DNA of 31,244 bases, taken from IMG/VR virus record IMGVR_UViG_3300006733_000010; one strand, given 5' to 3'. This document shows, in pieces, positions 8,161 to 15,083 of this stretch. Each line of letters begins with the position of its first letter. Positions within the stretch are counted from its first letter, which is position 1. The DNA comes from a virus. A program made the position numbers and the translations under genes. The notes beneath the pieces were generated by a model. The model did no database searches and had not been told where the DNA came from. It worked only from the letters and a program-made list of their open reading frames with translations.

Positions 8161-9150
8161 ATGAAATTCCCATGGAAAGGCGGCAGTTGGTATATAGACG
8201 GGTACTTAGCTAAGACATTGAACTCTCTCGTCTATAATGTAACATCAGATTGGGACTTTGTCCTATTGATCACTGGAGATAGAGGCGTTAGAGTCGGTAA
8301 AAGCGTATTGGCTATGACAGTATGCGCATATCTCGCCTACAAACTAGAGAAATTAAACCCGAATGCCTATTCTCTCGACAATATATTCTTTGATAATAAA
8401 GAAATGGTAAAGAAAGCTCAGACATTGCCTAAGTATTCTATCATTCATTACGACGAGGGAAGGGAAGGTTTAGCGGCGAGCAAAGCAATGAAGGCATTCC
8501 AACAAGACTTGTTAGATTTTTTTGCGGAATGCGGCCAGTTGAATCATATCTTTGTAATTGTATGCCCAGACTTCTTTGAACTCAAAGAAAATATATCAGT
8601 AGCTCGGAGTGAATGCCTTATTAACGTCTATAGAAAAGAAAAACTTATCGAGGAGAACGGACAACCAATTGTAAAGTTTTCTCGAGGGCAATTTGAATTC
8701 TTCAATAAGAAAAAGAAACAGATATTATTTGATATTGCAAAATCTCGACGACAAAAGAACTATAATCTTATCAAATGTAACTTTATCGGTTCGTTTACCA
8801 ATCAATATTGCGTCGATAAAGAAATTTACCTCAAGAAAAAAGAGGATAGCTTAAAACGATTTGCGGAGAGACATAAAGAGCAAGAGAGCCAATCAAAGGA
8901 CATTAATTTTAAGAAAGCATTTGGTATATATTATAAAAAGATGGGATATAAAACCCCAGAAGTTTTTGAACTAATGGAGAAGATAACTAACGAAGTTTAT
9001 GGCGAGAAACCATATGTTAAACGCTCTATCGACCGCATTTTTAAAGAATATAAGGATATTGCTACGGAAGCCAAGTTTAAAGACTCATTCGGTGACAATG
9101 CTACTAACATACTCAATAAACACCCCCTCAAGGGGGGGATAGTAATATAA
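8161..9150 (+). CDS. P-loop NTPase (ASCE type), 329 aa
   Basis: Walker A-like LITGDRGVRVGKSV, Walker B SIIHYDEG, then hydrophobic strand HIFVIVCP. Too short for a terminase nuclease domain. Confidence 0.7.
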   Translation: MKFPWKGGSWYIDGYLAKTLNSLVYNVTSDWDFVLLITGDRGVRVGKSVLAMTVCAYLAYKLEKLNPNAYSLDNIFFDNKEMVKKAQTLPKYSIIHYDEGREGLAASKAMKAFQQDLLDFFAECGQLNHIFVIVCPDFFELKENISVARSECLINVYRKEKLIEENGQPIVKFSRGQFEFFNKKKKQILFDIAKSRRQKNYNLIKCNFIGSFTNQYCVDKEIYLKKKEDSLKRFAERHKEQESQSKDINFKKAFGIYYKKMGYKTPEVFELMEKITNEVYGEKPYVKRSIDRIFKEYKDIATEAKFKDSFGDNATNILNKHPLKGGIVI

Positions 9151-9151
9151 C

Positions 9152-9173
9152 CTACATTATGTATATAATGTAG
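9152..9173 (+). terminator. Hairpin immediately after the NTPase stop codon
   Basis: ctacatta-tgtata-taatgtag: perfect 8-bp inverted repeat with a 6-nt loop. Confidence 0.4.
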
Positions 9174-9242
9174 CAAGGGGTAATATAAACCTATATAGTA
9201 TCAATGAACCCAAATCACTATATATAGTGGGGGTGCAAACAA

Positions 9243-9458
9243 ATGGTTATGAACCGAACTAAATTACTCAAACATTTGGCCAAGATCAGAAAGCTGAAAA
9301 GAAACAAAAAAAAATATCATCAGACTGGAACCAGGAAAAGTATCAAACAAGAAGGTTTCTTACTTCTTCTTGATCTAGGTTATCGGATTTCAAAGAGTGG
9401 TAAAAAATATTATGAAGCAAGAAAGAACCGTTCAGATGTACCACCAGGAAAGCTATAG
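9243..9458 (+). CDS. Basic 71-aa protein
   Basis: Track ORF with a GGGGGTG SD-like element upstream. Its promoter region carries ctatatagta (9191-9200) and the palindrome cactatatatagtg (9216-9229). Confidence 0.55.
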   Translation: MVMNRTKLLKHLAKIRKLKRNKKKYHQTGTRKSIKQEGFLLLLDLGYRISKSGKKYYEARKNRSDVPPGKL

Positions 9459-9599
9459 TTTTTTGATTTATAAATGAAATTTGAATTCTGTTTTTATTGA
9501 TTAAATAGTTTAATCTATGCTTAAAAGTTTTTATCAAATAATCGAAACATTTATATACTACCTATCCTATACTAATCTATATAGTAAAGAGGTGACACA

Positions 9600-9737
9600 A
9601 TGAAAAAACAAACAATATATGAAAAGGATATGGGGACAATCACAACGAATGATGGATATGTAATAAGTGTATTCTGTTGTGATCCATACCAAACAACAAA
9701 AGAGATAAATAGACTATTGGCCATGGGTGGCCAATAG
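9600..9737 (+). CDS. 45-aa hypothetical protein
   Basis: Not in the track. aaaGAGGTGAcacaATG; MKKQTIYEKDMGTITTNDGYVISVFCCDPYQTTKEINRLLAMGGQ. Confidence 0.5.
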   Translation: MKKQTIYEKDMGTITTNDGYVISVFCCDPYQTTKEINRLLAMGGQ

Positions 9738-9756
9738 TTTATATGAGGTGTGAAAA

Positions 9757-9885
9757 ATGAATATAAACGGACTAACAGCAAAGGAGTTTAAAAGACTAGG
9801 TGATTATTTGATTAAAGCAAATGATGAACAAATCAGGGGATTAAGAACAGCATTAAATAAAGAGATTGAAAAGAGGGGTTTATAA
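9757..9885 (+). CDS. 42-aa hypothetical protein
   Basis: Not in the track. GAGGTGtgaaaaATG; MNINGLTAKEFKRLGDYLIKANDEQIRGLRTALNKEIEKRGL. Confidence 0.5.
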   Translation: MNINGLTAKEFKRLGDYLIKANDEQIRGLRTALNKEIEKRGL

Positions 9886-9891
9886 ACCCCT
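9874..9891 (+). terminator. Perfect 18-bp palindrome aggggtttataaacccct overlapping the stop codon, followed by T-runs
   Basis: rc of aggggttta is taaacccct. Downstream sequence is ttttaataacttttttt. Confidence 0.45.
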
Positions 9892-9909
9892 TTTAATAAC
9901 TTTTTTAAA

Positions 9910-10095
9910 ATGTTATTCAAAAAATTTATTGAAAAAAGGAGATTTTACAAAGACACAATAAAGAGATTAAATAAATATTATGATATGGATAAAAAAAAGT
10001 TGATGATGGTTGTTAAAAGAAATTGGAAAATAAAGCAGACTAGATTAAAACAAAAACGAGGTGTAAAGAATGAAATACAAAAAAATAAAAGATAA
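9910..10095 (+). CDS. Basic 61-aa protein
   Basis: Track ORF, Lys/Arg rich. Confidence 0.5.
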   Translation: MLFKKFIEKRRFYKDTIKRLNKYYDMDKKKLMMVVKRNWKIKQTRLKQKRGVKNEIQKNKR

Positions 10096-10258
10096 GGAGA
10101 TGTGTAGATGGTATGATGAAATGACATATACAGAAGAAAAGAAAGATATGTTGTTTTTGGAAACCTTGAAGGAGAAATATAAAGTTGTAGCAGACGAGTT
10201 TGAATTCAATGGGGACGGAGAGACAATTTCAAGAGTGGGAGGCCTGGGGCAGGGGTAG
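10070..10258 (+). CDS. 62-aa protein; a protein-like reading continues in the -1 frame to 10371
   Basis: Track ORF with GAGGTG SD. The downstream frame encodes ..GVVGTSGIGDGYYPVYAEITKKGTILALSIDFQPCYEGE* and has no start codon of its own. Confidence 0.5.
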   Translation: MKYKKIKDKEMCRWYDEMTYTEEKKDMLFLETLKEKYKVVADEFEFNGDGETISRVGGLGQG

Positions 10259-10427
10259 TTGGTACTTCGGGGATAGGAGATGGTTATTACCCAGTATATG
10301 CAGAGATAACAAAAAAGGGCACAATACTAGCATTATCTATTGATTTTCAGCCATGTTATGAGGGAGAATAAACCACAAACCAATAAATTTATAACTATCT
10401 ACATTAAAAGTACCACTAGGTGATATT

Positions 10428-11390
10428 ATGCTATTCGATAATGAACAATTAACCAAATATAAAGAATATCTACAGCTGCATGAGTACAGTACAAACATAA
10501 AGCAAAATTATGGCTATTATGCAAACAAATTGCTCAATAAAGACTTAACCCAGGAAACAATAGACCAATTATGCCAAAGAAAGCATAATGTTTACAGATC
10601 CTTCTTAAAAACAGTTATTGAATGCCTTAAACTAAGAGATCTAATGGTGCCTACTAAGAAATCAAGAGCTAAGAAGAAAGAGATAATCTATTTTACAGAA
10701 AAAGAAGTAAAAGCGATACTAGACAACACAAATGATAAAAGAATGGCCATAATCATTCGATTGATGTATGAATGCGGCTTAAGGATCAGCGAAGTTATGC
10801 AGTTAAAGGTAAAAAACTTTGATATGGTCAATAAGAAGGTTAAAGGTATTGGGAAAGGTAACAAAGAGTTCAATATGCTACTCCAGGACCATACGTATGC
10901 CTTAATCAAGCATTACATAGATAATAGGGTTATGGATTTAATCCTTGAGGATAGGCCAGAGTACTATGAACATATATTTTGGTGGCCTAAGATTAAACAC
11001 CAAAGGATTAAAGCATTGTATGAATTGAAGAAGCACATTAAAAACATTCTACCATACAAGCAGGATAATGAGGTGTTCAACCATGCCTTAAGGCACTCTT
11101 GTGGCACCCATCTAAGGCGTTTAGGCTTTGATTTAAGAGAGATACAGGAATATCTAAGGCATTCAAGGCTTGAGACTACAGCGGTTTATACAGCTGTTGA
11201 TACAGAAGAGTTGCAGCACAAAGCCCATAAGGCATTCGAGCAAGAACCATTGCCAAGTAACAACCTAGATACTCCACAACCTACTTTTCCAGTGGAAAAT
11301 AGAGAAAAAGAGAAAGACTTAAATAGTAGTACTACTCTAAATAGAACTAATGAGACTAAAGGTGGTATAAATGGAAGAAATGAAATGTAA
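10428..11390 (+). CDS. int: Tyrosine recombinase / integrase (XerC/D-like fold)
   Basis: Catalytic signature read directly: Arg in ECGLRISEV, Lys in GKGNKEF, HxxR in HALRHSCGTHL, His in LRHSRLETT, Tyr in TAVYTAV. AGGTGA SD. Confidence 0.9.
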   Translation: MLFDNEQLTKYKEYLQLHEYSTNIKQNYGYYANKLLNKDLTQETIDQLCQRKHNVYRSFLKTVIECLKLRDLMVPTKKSRAKKKEIIYFTEKEVKAILDNTNDKRMAIIIRLMYECGLRISEVMQLKVKNFDMVNKKVKGIGKGNKEFNMLLQDHTYALIKHYIDNRVMDLILEDRPEYYEHIFWWPKIKHQRIKALYELKKHIKNILPYKQDNEVFNHALRHSCGTHLRRLGFDLREIQEYLRHSRLETTAVYTAVDTEELQHKAHKAFEQEPLPSNNLDTPQPTFPVENREKEKDLNSSTTLNRTNETKGGINGRNEM

Positions 11391-11580
11391 ACAATGTGAA
11401 AAAGTGATAAAGGGATACCATGAAAAGCACATAGCGTATCTGATGAAGCAGCATATGCTAAGTAAACATCCAACTCCACCCTCAACAGTCTCTTCGCCAA
11501 AAGATACTACGCAACAAACTAAGGTAGAGGGTGGAGAACCAACAAAAGAGAGTGGAGATAATGCAATCGGAGATGTGTAG
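11371..11580 (+). CDS. C2H2-type zinc-finger protein, 69 aa
   Basis: KCKQCEKVIKGYHEKHIAYLMKQHMLSKH (CxxC ... HxxxxH). Overlaps the integrase stop. Confidence 0.6.
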   Translation: MEEMKCKQCEKVIKGYHEKHIAYLMKQHMLSKHPTPPSTVSSPKDTTQQTKVEGGEPTKESGDNAIGDV

Positions 11581-11609
11581 ATACAAAATGGAAAATTACT
11601 TTGATTAAA

Positions 11610-11789
11610 ATGGAATGGCTTAAAAAATTAATTACAGAATTGATTATTAATGTTATATATTTAATTGTTGGTATAAAAGTTATTGGAGATATTTATTATA
11701 ATGAAAAACTCAAAGAATCAAATTGGAGTGCTTTCATATCATCTCCTTTTAGATACATAAAAAATAATGCTAAACCAATTAAATTATAG
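11610..11789 (+). CDS. Small TM protein (track ORF 11601, ATG at 11610)
   Basis: Hydrophobic ELIINVIYLIVGIKVIG. Confidence 0.45.
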   Translation: MEWLKKLITELIINVIYLIVGIKVIGDIYYNEKLKESNWSAFISSPFRYIKNNAKPIKL

Positions 11790-11835
11790 TCGGTAATTTT
11801 CCACATCGGCTAATTACTGTTTCACAAAATACAAA

Positions 11836-11994
11836 ATGCCATTAGTAAAACAAAGAGTTTATGACACTGAATGCGCAGTCTATTCATTACAGAACAGATT
11901 GAACGTTTTAGAAAAGCGTGTTGATAAGGTTAACAGTACACTAGATATATTACATGATATGCTAAAAGAGATACAACAGCATCACAGTCCATAG
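11836..11994 (+). CDS. 52-aa coiled-coil protein
   Basis: Not in the track. MPLVKQRVYDTECAVYSLQNRLNVLEKRVDKVNSTLDILHDMLKEIQQHHSP. Confidence 0.45.
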   Translation: MPLVKQRVYDTECAVYSLQNRLNVLEKRVDKVNSTLDILHDMLKEIQQHHSP

Positions 11995-12010
11995 CGTAAT
12001 CATATATCAT

Positions 12011-12095
12011 GCGGACCAGGTGCTATGGATGGGTTTTGTGTGGGCTGGATGCACACCCAGCCGATCACCTCTTTTCCCTAAGATACCTGGTCTGC
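12011..12095. other. GC-rich structured intergenic element (nested inverted repeats)
   Basis: gcggaccaggt (12011-12021) pairs with acctggtctgc (12085-12095), 11 bp with one G-U. Inner stem is ggctgg/ccagcc. Local GC is well above the flanks. Confidence 0.4.
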
Positions 12096-12117
12096 ACCCA
12101 AACAAGGAGGTTAGCAG

Positions 12118-12333
12118 ATGAAAAACTTAATCAAGATCATGATTGTATTAACATTATTAGTTACAGGCTGTGCACTTAGTGGTTCATGTGAAACTAAATG
12201 TTTTAGATATTCTGGTAGTGCCATTCGTGGTGGCCAAACAATAATAACTGTAGATTGCGATCAATACCATGATTTTTATATTAATGCAAGCAAAAGTTGC
12301 CAAGATAAAATAATTGAAGGGGTTAACAAATGA
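12118..12333 (+). CDS. Small Cys-rich lipoprotein
   Basis: Signal peptide with lipobox MKNLIKIMIVLTLLVTGC. AAGGAGGTTAGC SD. Confidence 0.65.
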   Translation: MKNLIKIMIVLTLLVTGCALSGSCETKCFRYSGSAIRGGQTIITVDCDQYHDFYINASKSCQDKIIEGVNK

Positions 12334-12458
12334 ACGAAGAAGAACTGTATGAGGAAGAAGAAGAACAAGAACAGGAAGAGGACAAAGAAGAAGGTTTAGA
12401 AAGTAAAAGTTTTAAAGTATGGGACAAGGAATTTGAGGATTATTTGTGGGGTGGTTAA
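12330..12458 (+). CDS. 42-aa highly acidic protein
   Basis: Not in the track. ATGA overlap with the previous stop. MNEEELYEEEEEQEQEEDKEEGLESKSFKVWDKEFEDYLWGG. Confidence 0.45.
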   Translation: MNEEELYEEEEEQEQEEDKEEGLESKSFKVWDKEFEDYLWGG

Positions 12459-12594
12459 GATTACCCAGAGGTTAGCAAGAATTTATGTCCCAAGCGATGC
12501 CACTTGGGCTTCTATCCTTAGATGTTTGTATGAAGACGGTGAGATTGATGTTCACCAATATGCTGCTTGTTTGCGGAGGTTGAAGAATGGATGA
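12451..12594 (+). CDS. Possible 47-aa ORF (GTG start)
   Basis: Protein-like reading VVKITQRLARIYVPSDATWASILRCLYEDGEIDVHQYAACLRRLKNG. The start is uncertain (GTG or TTG, or a +1 shift from the acidic ORF). Confidence 0.3.
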   Translation: MVKITQRLARIYVPSDATWASILRCLYEDGEIDVHQYAACLRRLKNG

Positions 12595-12636
12595 ACCTTA
12601 CTGGAATGATATTAACAGGCATATTTGATGTTTACT

Positions 12637-12912
12637 TGGCAAGGCATGGCTAGGCGTGGCAGGGCGTGGCTCGGCAAGGCGAGGCGAGGCACGGCATGGC
12701 TTGGCTTGGCAAGGCTCGGCATGGCGTGGCATGGCTCGGCTCGGCGGGGCGTGGCTTGGCAAAACATAGCAAGGCAAGGTATTTTATGATCATGGCAAGG
12801 CGGGGCTTGGCGGGGCTAGGCTGGGCGGGGCTAGGCGTGGCAAGGCGTGGCTTGGCTTGGCAAGGCTCGGCTGGGCTAGGCGGGGCATAGCAAAGCAAGG
12901 CAAGGTATTTTA
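12637..12912 (+). repeat. Pentanucleotide array cluster A: (NGGCN)x25 + 31-nt box + (NGGCN)x19 + box variant
   Basis: Runs 12637-12761 and 12793-12887; boxes aaacatagcaaggcaaggtattttatgatca (12762-12792) and tagcaaagcaaggcaaggtatttta (12888-12912). GGC is invariant in all 44 units. Confidence 0.9.
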
Positions 12913-12942
12913 CCCAAAGAGGTAAAAACCAGAGGAACTGAA

Positions 12943-13506
12943 ATGAGGAAAGCAATATGTAAATTGGTTAGTGTATCTCCCTATTCACAGGGAAGATACC
13001 ACAAAGCAGAGAAGAAAAGCAAAGAGCTTCATGCAGATTATGAAGCTAGAACTTGGCGTGAGAAATGCCATTGCACAAAGGAAGGTAATATATTTATACC
13101 ACCGATGGCATTTGCCAATTGTATAAAGGAAGCAGCAACATACCTGTCGTTACCGATTCCAGGACAGGGAAAGAGCAAATACACAAAGAACTTTCAGAGT
13201 GGGATACTTGTATTCCAACCATTAGTTTTACCTATAACAAAAGAGAAAGTCGATTCTGAATGGGTGCTTGTCCCTTCTGATGGCAGGCGTGGAGGAACAA
13301 CAAGAGTCGAGAAATGCTTTCCATTAGTCCAGAAATGGCGTGGTGAAGTAACTTTTGTTATATTCGACGACATTATAACAAAGGAAGTGTTTGAGAAAGT
13401 TCTTAGGGAAGCTGGGCAGATAATTGGAGTGGGTAGGTTCAGACCAAAGAACTGGGGATACTATGGCAGATTTGAAGTGGAGGGAATAAAATGGGAAGAG
13501 GGATGA
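12943..13506 (+). CDS. Hypothetical protein, 187 aa, first gene of the cassette between the arrays
   Basis: Track ORF with AGAGGA SD. C-terminal motif GVGRFRPKNWGYYGRFEV. No assignable catalytic motif. Confidence 0.7.
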   Translation: MRKAICKLVSVSPYSQGRYHKAEKKSKELHADYEARTWREKCHCTKEGNIFIPPMAFANCIKEAATYLSLPIPGQGKSKYTKNFQSGILVFQPLVLPITKEKVDSEWVLVPSDGRRGGTTRVEKCFPLVQKWRGEVTFVIFDDIITKEVFEKVLREAGQIIGVGRFRPKNWGYYGRFEVEGIKWEEG

Positions 13507-13973
13507 AAACTATACCAGAAGTTAGCGAGGAAACATTAAAGCTTGAATCATACATAAAGAAGTTCAAGCCAGGAAAGGAGCTTAGCTATATGCAGATACA
13601 ATCAGAAACACATATCAATATGGACAACAAAGGAAAACAATACCTTCGGAGTGCATTCCGAAGGGCAAAACTTGTTTACTCGGCCATCAGAGGATATGGG
13701 GTAAAGATAGCAGAAGGTTCAGATACAATGCCAATATTAGTAAACAAGCTTGGAAGGATAGATCGTGCTGTGAAGAGAGCAGACAAGACACAAAAGACAT
13801 TACAGGGCCAATTCTTCAACAGCCTTTCACCGACTGAACAGAAAGAGATATTGTATATCGGTGCTGTATTTGGTGCTATAAGAGTTGCTGCTGAGAACGG
13901 AAGGTTGGTATATAAGAAAGCGAATGCTATGAGCAATACCAACACGATGTCAATACCATTTCCAGGTAAATAG
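13491..13973 (+). CDS. Putative winged-helix DNA-binding protein, 160 aa, second gene of the cassette
   Basis: Track ORF with GGAGGG SD. The segment LSYMQIQSETHINMDNKGKQYLRSAFRRAKLVYSAIRGYGVKIAEG has a helix-turn-helix plus beta-wing pattern (judged by eye only). Confidence 0.6.
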   Translation: MGRGMKTIPEVSEETLKLESYIKKFKPGKELSYMQIQSETHINMDNKGKQYLRSAFRRAKLVYSAIRGYGVKIAEGSDTMPILVNKLGRIDRAVKRADKTQKTLQGQFFNSLSPTEQKEILYIGAVFGAIRVAAENGRLVYKKANAMSNTNTMSIPFPGK

Positions 13974-13986
13974 TTGTTTATGTTCA

Positions 13987-14316
13987 CGGCCTGGCAAGGC
14001 ATGGCTCGGCAGGGCTAGGCGGGGCTTGGCAAAACATAGCAAGGCAAGGTATTTTTATGATCACGGCTTGGCGGGGCTAGGCGTGGCTTGGCTTGGCTGG
14101 GCTTGGCATGGCTTGGCGGGGCAAAACATAGCAAGGCAAGGTATTTTATGATCATGGCAAGGCTCGGCAGGGCTTGGCATGGCTTGGCGGGGCAAAACAT
14201 AGCAAGGCAAGGTATTTATTTTATGATCACGGCTTGGCCTGGCAAGGCTGGGCTCGGCGGGGCGGGGCATGGCTAGGCTGGGCTAGGCTGGGCGTGGCAA
14301 AACATAGCAAGGCAAG
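13987..14316 (+). repeat. Pentanucleotide array cluster B: (NGGCN)x9, x12, x8, x14, each followed by the conserved box
   Basis: Runs 13987-14031, 14064-14123, 14155-14194, 14230-14299. Boxes 14032-14063 (5 T), 14124-14154 (4 T), 14195-14229 (tttatttt), 14300-14316 (truncated). Confidence 0.9.
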
Positions 14317-14319
14317 TTC

Positions 14320-14350
14320 ACAAGCAGTGGGGAAACCTGCTGCTTGTTTT
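14320..14350 (+). terminator. Hairpin plus T-run closing array cluster B
   Basis: acaagcag (14320-14327) pairs with ctgcttgt (14340-14347), followed by tttt. Confidence 0.4.
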
Positions 14351-14414
14351 CACTAACAAGTTTATATAAATTATTATATATAACTTAGTTATTTAGTTTT
14401 TTAGAGGTGATACA

Positions 14415-14531
14415 ATGAAAACACTGAATATTCCGATGGAAGACAAGGACTATGCCCGTCTTGAGAAGGCCAAAGGAGATAGGAACTGGAGAGAGTTTAT
14501 CCTTAGTCTGTGTGATAAAGAGGTAAAATGA
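14415..14531 (+). CDS. 38-aa ribbon-helix-helix (CopG/Arc-like) DNA-binding protein
   Basis: Not in the track. TATA-like gtttatataaa at ~14360; taGAGGTGAtacaATG. MKTLNIPMEDKDYARLEKAKGDRNWREFILSLCDKEVK fits a strand-helix-helix pattern. Confidence 0.6.
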   Translation: MKTLNIPMEDKDYARLEKAKGDRNWREFILSLCDKEVK

Positions 14532-14668
14532 GAACCAAACGCAAACTATTTGACTATATGCATGGCGGATCACAAACACCTCAATACTATTGCCGCCTAT
14601 GCAAAAAGGCCCACACAAGACACTCAAAAATTGGAAAACATCACGTGATGTATGGGAAGTTGAAATGA
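14528..14668 (+). CDS. 46-aa zinc-finger-like basic protein
   Basis: Not in the track. ATGA overlap. ..YYCRLCKKAHTRHSKIGKHH.. Confidence 0.45.
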   Translation: MRTKRKLFDYMHGGSQTPQYYCRLCKKAHTRHSKIGKHHVMYGKLK

Positions 14669-14925
14669 GATTTGATATAAAACCAAAGACAAATTTGATG
14701 ATATGTAGTATCCTTTCTGGAATTTTAATTTCTTCAATGATATGGTTATTGGATCATACGATTGATGTATTAAGGTACTTCAATGAACTAGAGAGTTTAA
14801 CTAATATTGAAGTAGTTAGATGGATACTTAGTGTTTTGATGTTATTATCCATTTTTGTAGGATTATTCATTGGATTATTGTATTTTATGGGTGAAGCATT
14901 AAAGGAATATGATAAAATAAAATGA
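14665..14925 (+). CDS. Two-TM membrane protein, 86 aa (track ORF 14590 trimmed to the ATGA-coupled Met)
   Basis: MRFDIKPKTNLMICSILSGILISSMIWLL...ILSVLMLLSIFVGLFIGLLYF. Confidence 0.6.
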   Translation: MRFDIKPKTNLMICSILSGILISSMIWLLDHTIDVLRYFNELESLTNIEVVRWILSVLMLLSIFVGLFIGLLYFMGEALKEYDKIK

Positions 14926-14951
14926 AACAAAATTTAGAAGGTGATAAAATA

Positions 14952-15074
14952 ATGTTAGACCCATTTACCACACCAGACATCATGTCAACAAGGATAGGAT
15001 TGGCTATTAAAATCATTTTGGCATTGATATTTGGTTATATTTTTGTATTTAATGTTACTAAAGATGAAAAGTGA
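14952..15074 (+). CDS. 40-aa single-TM protein
   Basis: Not in the track. AAGGTGAtaaaataATG; ..RIGLAIKIILALIFGYIFVFNV.. Confidence 0.45.
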   Translation: MLDPFTTPDIMSTRIGLAIKIILALIFGYIFVFNVTKDEK

Positions 15075-15083
15075 GAGGTTGAA

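Noticed and set aside
8161-9150. Large terminase subunit (with 7766 as the small subunit)
   Set aside because: At 329 aa it has no room for a nuclease domain, and its Walker A is atypical. It is kept as a generic P-loop NTPase, possibly analogous to the DnaA-like ATPases of fuselloviruses.
12590-12649. Short ORF MNLTGMILTGIFDVYLARHG reading into array A
   Set aside because: It is 19 aa with no SD, and it terminates at the first CTAGG-derived stop. It is most likely fortuitous.
13987-14316. CRISPR array interpretation: a conserved ~31-nt box alternating with variable segments
   Set aside because: The variable segments are low-complexity (NGGCN)n runs of very unequal length (40-125 nt), not unique spacers. 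The box copies carry indels. There is no leader or cas gene. A CRISPR finder might still flag cluster B.
12628-14356. Protein-coding interpretation of the arrays: track ORFs 12666..12890(+), 12650..12955(-), 14015..14200(-), 14061..14270(-), 14088..14276(+), 14174..14356(+). The box gives ATG on both strands and a possible leader MIIKYLALLCFA on the minus strand.
   Set aside because: A 5-nt period makes all frames equivalent. T-run indels in the box shift or stop the putative leader in 2 of 5 copies (GTG ATC ATA AAA TAA in 14195-14229). The ATGATCA-initiated + frame stops after 7 codons in run B2. The minus ORFs would be antisense to a uniformly plus-strand block. The coding idea is kept only as a low-probability alternative.
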